Assembly (NCBI RefSeq): GCF_009914755.1
Contig: NC_060947.1
Strand: one strand, 5' to 3'
Length of the DNA: 64,000 nucleotides
Source of the DNA: the human T2T-CHM13v2.0 reference genome, Homo sapiens
The notes under the pieces were generated by a model. The model was not told the DNA's origin. It worked only from the letters and a program-made list of their open reading frames with translations, and did no database searches. This document shows positions 34,531 to 47,452 of this stretch, piece after piece. Both the position numbers and the translations under genes were made by a program. How positions within the stretch are numbered: position 1 is the first letter of the stretch; each line of letters opens with the position of its first letter.

Positions 34531-35409
34531 CAAACAAGGTAGAGAGGTACAGGAGGTGAGAGTGTTCATCAGAGGCCACATCCTGGGGCTCTGGGATTCA
34601 CAGTATTTATTACTTGTTACCCCCCTCTTTGAAATGCTAATTAGCTGTTGTTCCCTGCTTGTTAAGTGCTTTCATCCTTAAAGCTTGACAGGTTTTTTCC
34701 TTTTTTCTTTTTTTACTAAATGAGGCAACCATCATTTCCCACAAAGCTGCAAACTATTTTCTACCCTTAGGCCAAATAAGCAGAGTCATCCCAGGTTTAG
34801 GTAAAGCCCAGCCCAAGGACCTTATCTGACCCCCCATTCTCCCAATGGTAAAGGTTTGAATTCCCATTAAAATGCAGATGCCTCTAAAAGGAGTTAACAC
34901 TAGCACTGTCAGGTCTCTGCAGTCCGAGGGTATATGAGTATATGACCTTTTCCAAGGGCAGGTTTGAATGGGGATGAAGTCATATTTGCAAAAGAACCCT
35001 GGACAGTGAGCTGGCCCCAGCCAGGAGAGCATATGTACACACCTCCCCCGTCTCCCCACACACCAGGTGGATTTAAGGCCGTTTAAGAGGAGGTGGCTTC
35101 AATTTAGCAATAAAAAGCCAGTATCATCGCTTACAAACTGTGTGACTATTTGGCTAGTGGTTAGGAATCAGGGAGTCAGGACAGGATCTGTGTCCTGAAG
35201 GGTAAAGCAGAACTGTTCATTCTAGGATTTGTTGGGCCTGAAGGAGCTTCTTTCTACCAATTAACCGCATTAAAGTGGAACTTGGGCTTCCAAGACAATG
35301 CAGGGGCCCCATCTATGTACAGCCAGAATAGTCTAAAGTCTTAATGGCATTTATTTTCCTCTCAAGTTGTTAGAATAAAACAGTGTGCCATATTTATCCC
35401 TTCTTCTGC

Positions 35410-35668
35410 CAAGAAAGCTCTCCTGATGTTCTCGGTTGAAATTAATTTTCCCCTCCCCATATTCCCATAGCCTTTTGCTTGCACTTCTATTCCAGCGTTT
35501 CCCAGTGTCATCCTTATTAGTGTTATTTATGTGCGCATCTGTCTCCTCTTCCAGATTATGAGCTCCTGGAGGGCAGAAACTGCAGTTTATTCATCTCTAT
35601 CCCCCATGGGCTGCACACAGGGCCCCGCACATCGTAAGCACTCAATAACTGCTTGTTGAATTGAATTA
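35410..35668 (+). mobile_element. L2 (b/c-like) 3' end
   Basis: gagctcctggagggcag...gcactcaataactgcttgttgaattgaatt. Confidence 0.85.
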
Positions 35669-35669
35669 T

Positions 35670-36450
35670 TACTCTCTACCGCTGTTGTTGTGATTGGCAT
35701 TCATTCATTTAGTCCATTTGCCCCTTAAAAATCTCCTGCCAAGACTCAAAAGTAAAGATGCACAAGTACAAAGAGACATGTTTTTAACAGTTGATGTTTT
35801 TTACTTGTTTCATTTAAAATGGACCCAAATGAAAAGAAATGTTTTCTTAGGTCTTGCCGGCTAGACAGAAAAGGTTATCAGCAGATTAAGAGGAGTGTTC
35901 TCAAACAGCATCAAGTGTCTTTCAGTGTGACCAATGGGTGAAGACCTTTGTGTGGCCGTAAAAGCTGGCTTAAAGGCTACTTGGATTCATTCTGACATAT
36001 GTCATATTTTCAAGAGAGGTGTTGAAAGCAGAGTCAAACAAACAGCCAGTCAAAGTGCCGCTCAGCGCACTGGAATTGGCATTACATGAAAGCGTTAGTG
36101 AGCACCTCGGTGAACAAGGTTGCCCCCAGGTCTTCCCCGGGAGCTACTTGAAAAGTTGAGAAGTGTACTGGGGGTTCTCATCACATAGTCACATTCCCTC
36201 CATTCCACGCCATGTAGCTGGCCTCACGGACACTTTGTAGTGACTACATTCTAGCTGTCAGGTTGTGTTTGTCTTCAGTGCATTGATGCTATCAGTTGAA
36301 AACAGCACATCTTTATAGACGGACACATTTTAGGAAACTCCATGGCATATAAAGTACAGATTCCCCTTGCTGTTGCTGACATAATTGAACATGGAAAGAG
36401 AAGACCTACCATCTGCAGCACCAAAGGCAAGGAAGGGTTCAGGCAGGCAG
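35670..36450. promoter_or_regulatory. Candidate enhancer (repeat-free, CpG-retaining island)
   Basis: About nine CpGs in 35850-36240; palindrome TGACATATGTCA at 35993-36004; FOX-like gtcaaacaaaca. Motif-based inference only. Confidence 0.35.
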
Positions 36451-36454
36451 GCAA

Positions 36455-37050
36455 GGTGTGAATGTTTACTGTGCACCTACTATGTTCCTGGTCCTGGGCT
36501 GGTGGTAACCACAACAGAGAGTATTAGTCCTTGTGGAACTTAGAGCTCTTGGGCTGGGGCAGGGAATTGGGGGGAGGTGGAGGTAGAGAAGGGACAGGGC
36601 AGAGACAGGCATTTAAAAAATAATTCTATAAATCATGAGCTACTTCCACATACAACAAGAACTCTTGACAGAGATACTAAGAGAGCAAGCAAAAGAAAAG
36701 TCAGACCTAATTTACAGGGTCAGGGAAGCTTCCTCTGAGGGAATGTGCTTTCAATAGAGACCTGAAGCATGAGTAGGAATTAACCAGGTGAAATACATAC
36801 ATGCATGTTGGAGGGGGTAGTGTTTAGGGAAATGGAACAGCATTTTCAACAGCACTGCAGTAGACAAGATCATTGCACACTGGAGGATTCGGAAGAAGGC
36901 CATATGCTTGCAGCATGGGAGGTGAAGTGAAGTGCTACAGGTGTAAGAGGTGAATTTGGAGAAGTCAGCTGGATTGTGTAGGGCTTCACATCTGGGTTTT
37001 TTTTTTTTAATCTTGAGGAGTTAGGGAGGAACAAAGAAATAGCTTTCAAA
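36455..37050 (-). mobile_element. L2 fragment
   Basis: tttactgtgcacctactatg...ggtcagggaagcttcctctgagg...agacctgaagcatgagtagga. Confidence 0.75.
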
Positions 37051-37059
37051 TGCTATTCA

Positions 37060-37380
37060 GCAGGAATGGAAAAGGAAAAGGAATGGACTGCTGATACATG
37101 CTACAGCATGGATGAACCTCAAAAACATTATACAAAGTGAAGGAAACCAGTCACAAAATACCCAATATTGTTTGATTCCACTGATATGAAATGTCCAGAA
37201 ATGGTAATGCACATTAGTGGTTGCCCGGGAGTGGGAATCAGGAATGGAAGAAAATGGGCATAAGATACATTTTGGGAGTGATTAATTCAATTATAAAATT
37301 GAATTATGGCAATGATTGTACAACTCTGTAAACTTATTTAAAAATCATTGAGGTATATACTTAAAAATAAATTAATTGAA
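37060..37380 (+). mobile_element. L1MB/ME-like 3' UTR
   Basis: ctgatacatgctacagcatggatgaacctcaaaaacattat. Confidence 0.8.
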
Positions 37381-37392
37381 AGTTAAGAAATC

Positions 37393-37804
<412 letters not shown>

Positions 37805-39169
37805 TCAGACCCTACTCTTAGTCTCTATGGGCAAAGAAGGCTAGGAGGAAATCTGTTGATTTCCTTGGCGCCTTTAGCTCCATGTGGAGAGTGGGCACAA
37901 GCAGACCATATCTTCAGAACTATGAATTGGGCACAAAATAGGAGTGGTTAGTTACCCAAAAGATAGCTGTCATTTTTGTAGATAGGAAAACAGAAGTGTC
38001 CATGATCAGCCATTAGAAGAGAGTAATTAGAGCTCAGTGAACACCTCTGCTTTCCAGAAGGTACACTCTCACATTGGTTCCTGGCCAGAGAGCCAAAGGA
38101 AGCTGGGCCATGATAAGAATTACAAGCTAACTGCCCATCCAGGTGTTAGGGGGACAATGCCATCACTTATGAGCCTCTATGGTCCCTTGGCCTCTTCTGA
38201 GGGCAGCCTCCATCTATTAAATTTCAACAGTTTTCATAATAGTCACCTAATTAGGGGATTGAGAGTGAAATCAGGGGGAAATCTATGCCTCATTCACTGG
38301 AAAGCAGTGACTTTCCTGTACTGTGGATGAGAGACAAAAGATCATAACTGATTTTCTGCCCTTCCCAAGGGAACAGTTTGTAATAGTCTAAAGCAATCAA
38401 GCAGAAAAATGAATTGGCTTTCCCACTCTGCAGTCCTAGGGGAAAGTATTATAAAAGGTCACCAAATTGCTATATTTGTGTAATTAAATCCAACACTTTG
38501 ATCAATTTGATGAGGACAGCATTCTCTGTTGCCTTTGAGATCTGTAAACCAACTCTCTCTTCTCTGGCTTTGCTGACTTTCTAGCTGATGTTCATAAGTA
38601 ACATCAAAGGCTTGCTTTTGATGAGAGCCCATATCTTGCTTTCATACCAACAGAATTGTCCATGGAAATAATAAAATGACAAGACTAAAATTGAAGGAAG
38701 TGATAGGAATACAGAGGGAATGGCTTCAAATGAATGAGTTTCTGAATTATAGGCACTCTAAAACAAGTCTGCTACTTGGGGAATATTTCCCATGTGCCGT
38801 TTGATGAAATCAATGTTCATTTGAAGAAATAGACCTTCTGCTCCTCTAAGTTCTCTTTGCTGTTAAGTTAGCAATGAATGCAACCAAAAAGGGTATGACT
38901 GGACAAGACCAGACAAGACCACCATCTGTTCCCAATGGAAGGTTGCACAAACAGTCTCTGTTCTGCCACTGAGATGCTCTCTGTGTAACTTTGACTTAAC
39001 TGACTTAACTTCTAGGAGCTGTGCTCCCTCTTCCCCCAGCCCACATTCTGTTTAGAACATAACTAACTGCACCTTTTGTATTTCTTGGTCTCTCCTTCTG
39101 GTCTTCCTTCTGACCATCAGGAGGATGCCAAAGAAAGAGCGCTCATCACACTTGCAGTGAATACCAAAA

Positions 39170-39370
39170 GTTAAGAGTCAGAACTTGGCAGAAGATGAAC
39201 CACTTACTGGTATGATGACCTTGGGCAAGTTACTAAAACCGTACACCTTCGTTTCTTCATTTCCAAAATTAGGATAATAGAAACAACCTCACAGGATTGT
39301 TGTGAGATTAAAAGTAGTTTGAAACCTGTAAAGTACTGAAAACATTGCCTATATCACAGTAATTGTACAT
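39170..39370 (+). mobile_element. MIR SINE
   Basis: gaccttgggcaagttac...cctcacaggattgttgtgagattaaa. Confidence 0.75.
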
Positions 39371-39464
39371 TCTTCATTAAAGCAACCACTGGATTGAATA
39401 CCTAGTATGTGTAGAAAGTGCTGTGGGGCATATGGTACATTACGTGAAGATTATACGAGTGTGT

Positions 39465-39670
39465 GAAAGGCAACATAGTATAGTGGAAAGAACATGAACT
39501 TGGACTCAGAAATCTGGTTTAAATCACCACTCTGACTCTTGCTCTGTGACCTCAAGCAGATAACCCAAACTCTCTGATTCTGTCTCCCCATCTGTAGCAT
39601 GGGGTCGATGACAACTTACATGGTTCTGCTGATAATTAAATAACATAATGCACATGAGAGGTTCACAAAT
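39465..39670 (+). mobile_element. MIR SINE
   Basis: ggcaacatagtatagtggaaagaacatgaacttggactcaga 5' end. Confidence 0.8.
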
Positions 39671-41817
39671 CTACAGGGGGAGCACCTACAGCCTAGTACA
39701 TGAGGGATGAATAAATATAAGACTGATTTTTCTTAGGCATGAACTATGAACCTCTCACCAAATGCACCTTCATAGCCAGGAAAAAGACAATTTCAAAGCT
39801 GTCTGTGTTTGCAACCATTATGTTACTCTGTTTTACTTTTAAATTTTCCTGCTCCCTTATTTATAGATGGAGACACTGAGGCATAGGAATACTGTTGAAA
39901 AGAAATGGCAGGCAAGGATTTGAAACTATCAATTCCCATCCTCTCTAATCTTGCCTCTTTGTTCCAAATAAACTGAAATTAAAAGTGAATTATTATCACT
40001 TAATTCACAAAAATGCCATAGTATGTATTTTCTCTCCCTACAGTGTATCTGAAATAGTAGACTTTATTCAATTATTTTTTTATTTTTATGTTTATCTTCT
40101 GTCTACTTGTAGTTTATTGGAAGCTTTTGGGAGTGCCCCAGTTTCTCCCTTTCATGAAGGGCTTGGATAATGAGACTTGGATAATGAAGGTGCCTGCCAG
40201 CTCTGATATTATGCATTTATAGGAATGTCTCGAAATTTCAAGAATGCATGCAATGGTGTTTCCTTAGTAAATGTCCTTGTAAAAGAAGGTTATGTCCACC
40301 TTTCTTTGTATAATCCCATCGGATACTTTGGGAGATCACTAGGAATAATTAACGTGTTCTGGATGACGCGTGCTTAGCTAATTGGGCTGAAAGCCAGGGT
40401 TGGTTAGCAAGTTGGCTGAGTGCCAAGTAGCAGGTGTCTGCATAGAGTCAGCACTGATTCTTTATTCAAAGAAGGGAGGAAGACCTATGCATGTTTTGTT
40501 TTTGAGAAAGTTTGTCTAGATTTTGCCTCACTCCCACACTCATTTAAAAATGGTGAGATGAAAAAAGTTTATTAGCACTAAAACAAAGATTTCTTTTACT
40601 ATAGTTTTGTTTCTTTTCACCATTTTCAGTCTGGATTTTAAGAGGTCACTACATGTTCCTACCGGTCTTTAATTACCTTGTATTTTGATTGGAGGCACAC
40701 AACCAAGATTATTTTATGAAGTTTTGCTTCGAGGCAAGTTGGATTGGGGCTCTTTGCACAGAGATGACTTTTCCTAATCTACTCCCAATTGTTTAATGTT
40801 TTGCATTTCCAAGTTAGTCTATCATTTTTACCTTTGGGTTAATTTGTAGTATAGTTCTTCAAGCAACACATTTAAATTATTCACTTCCCTCCTTCCAAGT
40901 ATAAAATTTCTATTCATCAGAAACCTTCCAAGGAAAAGTTAAGAACATTCAGTGATGGGCACATGGGTATTTAAGCAGGATTTCTGGATCTTGTAAGTGG
41001 GGAACAACATTCCCTACATACCACTGATAAATAAGCATCTCGGAATATGCATTCGAATCACTGCCCTCAGGGGTCATTTGGATAAACACATGCTTGAGTT
41101 TATAGAGGTAGGGTTTCCCTTGGCCTGAAAAAAAACTGGGCTAGAGAAACTTTTCCATGAATTTTAGGAATTTTGCTGCAAATAATAGAATCCCACTTGA
41201 GCTAGCATTATAAAGATTCTAGAAGTCTCGCAGAACTCTAGGGTAGGAAGTGAAAACCCACCAGGAAGCAAGGCAGCCATTGTCTCTCTTTTTCTCTCTG
41301 GTCTCTCACCTCTGTATCTTCCAGCAGCATGTCTTCTTCAATCTCTACTTGCAGAAGGGTTTTCTCAACATTCTCTCTTCGTCTATTGAAAATGTCCCCC
41401 AGTGTTTAGAAGTCCCTGGGCTATTTTGTGAAAAGAAATGTTGTAATTTTAGAAAGGCTATTGGTGGCATTGATTGCTTTCCTAGCAAGAAAACAAAGGG
41501 AGAGTAGTGGATGATCTCTTCCCGCTCTTCTAACTCTGACTTCTTATGATCCTGTAGGGATCTGAATGTATCTTAGAAAATAGTCTAGCTATTAAGTACC
41601 ATTTTTCTTCAAGTATACAATTGTATCAATTTGTTAGACATCTCAGATCACATTGGGCAGTAGTTGTGAATGAAACCACTCCTCTGTCAGCAGGATAGAA
41701 AATTTGTGGTACATGGGAAGCACCACAGCTCTCTCTCCCCCAGCACCTGACAGACACCCATGGCCATGGCTTTCTTCCCTGATGCTCCCAGAGCTGGCCT
41801 CAAAATCCTTCTCAGAA

Positions 41818-42234
41818 CCAACTGGATAAACAAAATGTGGTCCATCCATACAACAAAATATTATTCAGAAATAATAAGGAATGAAGTATTGTTACATGAT
41901 ACAACATGGATGAAATTTGCAAACATGATGCTAAGTAAAAGAAACAGGCAGAAAAGACCACATATTATATGATTCCATCTATGTAAAATGTCCAAAATGG
42001 GAAAATCCGTAGAGGCAGAAAGGGCTCTGGTGGTTGCCAGGAGCTAGGGGGAGGGGATAATTGGGGAGGGACTGCTTAATGCATATGAGATTTCTTTTTG
42101 GGGGTGATGAAAATGTCTTGGAATTACATTGCAGTGATAGGTTGCATAATCCTGTGAATATATGAAAGCCATTCAAGTGTATACTTTAAAAGGGTGAATT
42201 TTATGGTATGTGAATTTTACCTCAATTAAAAAAG
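41818..42234 (+). mobile_element. L1MB-like 3' end
   Basis: ggataaacaaaatgtgg...ggtgaattttatggtatgtgaatt; TSD-like aatccttct on both sides. Confidence 0.88.
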
Positions 42235-42459
42235 AATCCTTCTTAGCACAGCACTCCAGGGAACCACCACTAGTGGAATTAGCATGTGTCATAAAATCTC
42301 AAGTTTTGCTATTTAGGTTTTTGAGTCCACCTGTGCATGAGCTGAGATCCCTTCCAGCTATGCACTACACAATTACAGACCTTTGGGTTTTTTCTTCTAC
42401 TGGCATGTTATACCATTTCCCCTCTCTATTTATTCTCTATGCCTCCAGCACCAGTGGAA

Positions 42460-43280
42460 CATTCTCTGTGAAGCCTTTTTTCCTTACTCTCTCCACCTCT
42501 ACCTTCACCCCAGAACAACTAAATTCCCTATTCTCTGCACACCAACAGCACTTTGTGTATCACTCTAGCCCAGTCCATATCACACTGTATTGTAATTGTG
42601 TACTTATTGCTCAGAATTTCCTTCTCGATGGCCTTCCTCATCTTTGTACCTGCAACCCCTCCACAGAGCCTGGTCCAGAGCAGTCTCCCTCAGAAAATAA
42701 ATAAATAAATAAAATATGGTCTCAGACCTCAGGATAACTACAGATTATTAGGAGACAGATATTCAATTAAAAAGCATGTGCCCAAAATTAGACACTTGGA
42801 TATGTGGGCCCTGGAGAAGAAAATGATTGAAGAGGCATCCCGGAGAAAGTGACATTTGAGCCTAGCTTTCACATAAGTGAATAAGATTTCTCCAGATGGA
42901 AAGACTATGTGTGGTGCTGGAGTATGAGGAGGTGACTTCTAACATTCTAGGTAGAGGAAATAACAGCTGCTGGGACAAGCATGCCAAAGTGCATGGCACA
43001 TCCTACGGCTCTAAAAATAGGCTGCTTATGACTGGCAGCCGAAGAGAGAGGTTGGGGTCAGGGCATGAAAAGCTTTCGTTACCATATGCAAAGGTTTAGA
43101 CCTCTTTCTCTGGGCAGTCAGGAGTCATCAGAGTTTTTTTGTTTGTTTTTTTCTTTTTTTTTTTTTTAAGAGGTGACATAATCAGATGTAAATTTTAACA
43201 TGAGTAAGAGAGGACCTAAGGGACCTAAGAGGAGGCCAAGTTGGTCACTATTTCAGTAGTCCAAGCAAAAAATAATGAAA
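42460..43280. mobile_element. L2 fragments (plus to about 42710, then minus)
   Basis: gaaagtgacatttgagcctag and related L2 motifs. Confidence 0.55.
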
Positions 43281-43289
43281 ATTAAAAGT

Positions 43290-43588
43290 AGGGCAAGCTG
43301 CTATGATGTAAACTGCCTATTGCAGGTGGCCTCCAGGAGTTGAGGGCCTTAGCCTTGTAGTCACAAGGAACTAAATTCTGCCAACATCCCCAAAGCTGCG
43401 AAGAGAACCCCAAGCTCCAGATGAGAATGCAGTTGCCAACACTTAGATTGCAACCTTGTGAGATTCTAAAAAGAGAACCCAGGAATTCCATGTTAGACTT
43501 TTAACCTACAGCACTGTAAGCTAATAAATGTCTTTTCTAAACCAGTAAGTCATGGCAATTTGTTACACATTATAGAAAAACTAATACA
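43290..43588 (+). mobile_element. MLT1 (E-G class) LTR 3' half
   Basis: aaggaactaaattctgccaaca...ggcaatttgttacac...aactaataca. Confidence 0.75.
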
Positions 43589-43589
43589 G

Positions 43590-44180
43590 GACCATTCACC
43601 ATTCATGATTAAATTTACCATTTGCCATTCATCGTAAAGTATTTCAGCAAATTAGGAATAGAAGGAAACTTTCTAAAGTTGATAAAGCCTTCTACGTAAA
43701 AACTTACAGTGAATATACTTTTTACTGGTGAAATATTTAATGTTACCTCCTTAACAATGGGGAAAAAGCAAGAATATCAGTTATCATCACTTCCAATTCA
43801 TATTGCACCTGCAGTTCTAACCAGTACAATAAGGCAAATAAATAAATAAATAAATAAAAGACACACAAATTGGAAATGAAGAAATAAAATGGTCTTTATT
43901 TGCAAATGGCATGGGTGTGAGTAGAGGAAATCATAAGAAGTGCACAAAATAGCCATGGGAACAAATAAGTAAATTCAATTAGGTTGTAGACTGCATGATC
44001 AATATGCAAAAATCTCTTGTTTTTGTATACGCTAGCAACAATTTGCAACTTTTCTAAAGTGATGCCACTCACTATAGCACGAAAATCATAAAATTGTCCC
44101 AAAAATTTTACCAAAGAATAACTGAATACAAACTACATAATATTACAGGGAGAAAAATTTTAAAACCTGAATAAGTGGAA
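43590..44180 (+). mobile_element. Old L1M ORF2 fragment (left half of host element)
   Basis: Degenerate RT region (tctttatttgcaaatggcatg = SLFADDM-like). Confidence 0.8.
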
Positions 44181-44330
44181 GCCCTTATAAAAGAGGCCTG
44201 AGAGAGACTCCTCACCCTTCTGCCATGGGAGGACACAGCAAGAAGGCACTGTCTATGAACCAGAAAGTGGGCCTTCACTAGACACCAAATCTGCTGATGC
44301 CTTGATCTTGGACATCCCAAGTTTCAGAAT
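44181..44330 (+). mobile_element. MLT1A-like LTR internal fragment
   Basis: gcccttataaaagaggcc...gccttgatcttggacatccc...cagaatt; lacks both LTR termini. Confidence 0.85.
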
Positions 44331-44357
44331 TAACCACATCAGAAACCTATGTCCTGA

Positions 44358-44960
44358 GACAGTGACATCAGCAAGATGGCAGAGTAGGAGATACTAGACT
44401 TTGTTCCCCAACAAAAAAAACAATTATACAGATATCCATAAACATAGATAGATCAGAGAGGGCTCAATAGTTCAACCAAGAACCTGAAGAAACACAGTGG
44501 AGTAAAATATGGAGAAAAACCACACGAAAATAATAACTGAAATGGCATACTTGAGACATCTGGAGACAAAGAAAGGTTGAGCCATCAGTATCAGTCATGC
44601 AGAAGGTGCCAACATGATCCTCCGTGGCCTGTCCTGCAGAGAACCCCGGCAGCCTTTGCTGATGAGGAACTTAGCAGCCCTTGTGGTAGTCATGGACTCC
44701 CTGCAGCTTTCACAGTGGAGGTCCCCTTAGTGGTGGTTAGCATGGATCCCATCGGCTGCCCCACAGAGGATACTGGCAGCTTTTACCACTGAGCTATCCA
44801 ACAATCATGGTCACTGCGGACTCCCCAGAGACAGAGACGCTACTGCACCCTGCCTGAAGAAGGAGCTGCTGTTGTGCCACCCAGGACCAGGGTGACCCCT
44901 TGCCCACAACAACCCCAGCTCCTCACCCAAGGCATATTCCAGGACCCAGGAACCACAGAT
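44358..44960 (+). mobile_element. Old L1 5' UTR (L1M/L1MA type)
   Basis: gtgacatcagcaagatggcagagtaggag start with YY1-type caagatggc (44372-44380), followed by a GC-richer UTR. Confidence 0.7.
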
Positions 44961-44994
44961 GTCCTGGGTATATATCCAAAAGAAATAAAATGAC

Positions 44995-45299
44995 GGCCGG
45001 GCGCGGTGGCTCACGCCTGTAATCCCAGCACTTTGGGAGGCTGAGGCAGGCGGATCACGAGGTCAGGAGTTCGAGACCAGTCTGGCCAACATAGTGAAAC
45101 CCCGTCTCTACTAAAAATACAAATACTGCGTGGTGGCGCATGCCTGTAATTCCAGCTACTAGGGAGGCTGAGGCAAGGAGAATTGCTTGAACCTGGGAGG
45201 TGGAGGTTGCAGTGAGCCGAGATCGCGCCACTGCATTCCAGCCAAGGCGACAGTGTGAGACTCCATTTCAAAATAAATAAATAAATAAATAAACAAAAA
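44995..45299 (+). mobile_element. AluSg-like element with (TAAA)n tail
   Basis: ggatcacgaggtcaggagttcgagacc; TSD aaataaaat. Confidence 0.93.
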
Positions 45300-45790
45300 A
45301 TAAAATCATTATCTCAAAGAGATATTTGCACTGCCGTGTTCATTAGAGTATTATTCTACTATGAATAATATACCTTGGTTACTATACCAAGATATTGAAA
45401 CAACCTAAGTGTCTGTTGACAGATGAATAAAGAAAATGTTTTTATACATATATATATAATACACACACACATATATGTATATGAATATTATTCAGCCTTA
45501 AAGGAAATCCTGCCATTTGCAACAACATGAATGAACCTGGAGGACATTAGGCTAAGTGAAATAGCCTGATGCAGAAGGACAGACAGCATGATCTCACTTA
45601 TATGTGAAATCTGAAAAAAAAAAAAAAAAAGTCAAACTCAGAGAGACACAAAATAGAATGGTGTTTACCAGGGTCTGTGAGGTGGGAAAAAGGGGGAAAT
45701 GTTGGTCAAAGATTACAAACTTTCAATTATAAAATGAAGAATTTCTGGAGACATAATGTACAGCAAGGTGACTATAGTTAATAGTAATGT

Positions 45791-45990
45791 AGCCTGAGCA
45801 ACATGGTGAGACCACACCTCTACAAAAAAAATTAAAAATAGCCAGGCATTGTGGCACATGCCTGTAGTCCCAGATACTTGAGAGGTTAGGCAGCAGGATG
45901 GCTTGAGCGGAGGAGTTCAAGATTACAGTGGGCCATGATCACACCACTACCGTCCAACCTATTTTAGAGACCCTGTCTCTAATAATAATA
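45791..45990 (+). mobile_element. 5'-truncated AluJ-type element
   Basis: agcctgagcaacatggtgagacc...gaccctgtctct with (AAT)n tail. Confidence 0.85.
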
Positions 45991-46210
45991 ATGCGTAATC
46001 ATTAATAATAATACTTGAAATTTGCTAGGAGAATAGATTTCAAATGTTCTCACTATACAAAATAAAAAGCTAACTAGATTAAGTGATATATATGTTAATG
46101 AGCTTGATTGTGGTCATCATTTCACAGTGAATACATATATCAAAGCATCACATTGTAAATCTTCAATACATACAATTTACATTTGTCAATCATACCTCAA
46201 TAAAGTTCAA

Positions 46211-47089
46211 AAAATCTAAATAAATGAAAAGATATACCATATTTATGAATCGGAATACTATACTGTTAAGGTATTATTTATTTACAAATTGATTGACAGA
46301 CTCAATGCAATTCCATTTAAAAACACTACAGTTATTTCTTTGTGGAAGTTGACAAGATGATTCTAAAATTTATTATAAATGCAAAAGAATCTAGACAAGA
46401 ACAACCTTTTATGAAAGAAGAACAATTTTGGGAGACTTACACTACCCAATTTTAAGACCTATTACCCCTCACTAAGAATGATTGACCCCTCACTAAGGAT
46501 AGACTAACAACTAATGGGAGAAAACAGTACAGAAACAGATCCATACACATATGGTCAATTGAGGACTCCATTGCAATTCAGTGAGGACAGAAAAAACTTT
46601 TATGCAAATGGTGCTGGAATGGCTGGATAAATGTATGGAAGGAAATGTACACTGACTCCTACCTTACAGCATACACAAATATTAATGAGATTAATCATAG
46701 ACTGAAAAGTATAAACTAAAACTATAAAGATTTTGGAAGAAAACATGGTATGGTATCTTTAGGACTTTGGGGTAGACAAGGATTTTTAGGAGATGGCAGA
46801 AAAATAACCATAAAAGAAAATTTGATAAATTGGACTTCATCAAAAAATGCTGTTCTTTTAAATATATGGTTAAGAAGATGAAAAAGCAAACCATACACCG
46901 GGAAAAATATTCACAATACATATATCTGAAAAGGGACTCTTATCAAGAATATGTAAAGATTTCCCACAAATTGATCATAAAGATTTAAAAAACCAATAAA
47001 AAATAAGCAGTCTTGAACAGTGACTTCACAAAAAAAGATAAAGGGAACAATAAGCACATACAAAATACCGTGTTCAACATTGTTAGTCA
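46211..47089 (+). mobile_element. Old L1M ORF2 fragment (right half of host element)
   Basis: Collinear continuation of 43590-44180 (ggagacttacactacccaattttaagac, caaatggtgctgg). Confidence 0.82.
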
Positions 47090-47452
47090 GGCCAGGCCCA
47101 GTGGCTCACGCCTGTAATCTCAGCACTTTGGGAGGCCGAGGTGGGTGGATCATGAGGTCAGGAGTTCAAGACCAGCCTGGCCAACATGGTGATACCCTGT
47201 CTCTACTAAAAATACAAAAATTAGCCGAGTGTGGTGGCATGCACCTGTAGTCCCAGCTACTCAGGAAGTTGATGCAGAAGAATCGCTTTAACCCGGGAGG
47301 CAGAGTTAGCTGAGATCGTACCATCGCACTTCAGCCTGGGTGACAGAGCAAGACTCCATCTCAAAAAAAAAAAAAAAGCACTCCAGCCTGAGTGACAGAG
47401 TGAGACTCCATCTCAACAAACAAAAAAAATGAACAAAACAAAACAAAACAAA
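47090..47452 (+). mobile_element. AluS-type element with duplicated 3' terminus
   Basis: TSD aacatt(g/a)ttagtca at 47076-47089 and 47453-47466. Confidence 0.92.

Larger units (their letters stand above)
44961..46210 (+). mobile_element. L1MA-like 3' end with two nested Alus
   Basis: ctgggtatatatccaaaagaaat ... gtcaatcatacctcaataaag. Confidence 0.88.

Noticed and set aside
42210-42704. 164-aa ORF
   Set aside because: It starts in an L1 3' end, runs through L2-derived sequence and has no recognisable domain.
46290-46299. Perfect TGATTGACAG PBX-MEIS decamer
   Set aside because: It is an isolated match inside decayed L1 ORF2 with no supporting context.
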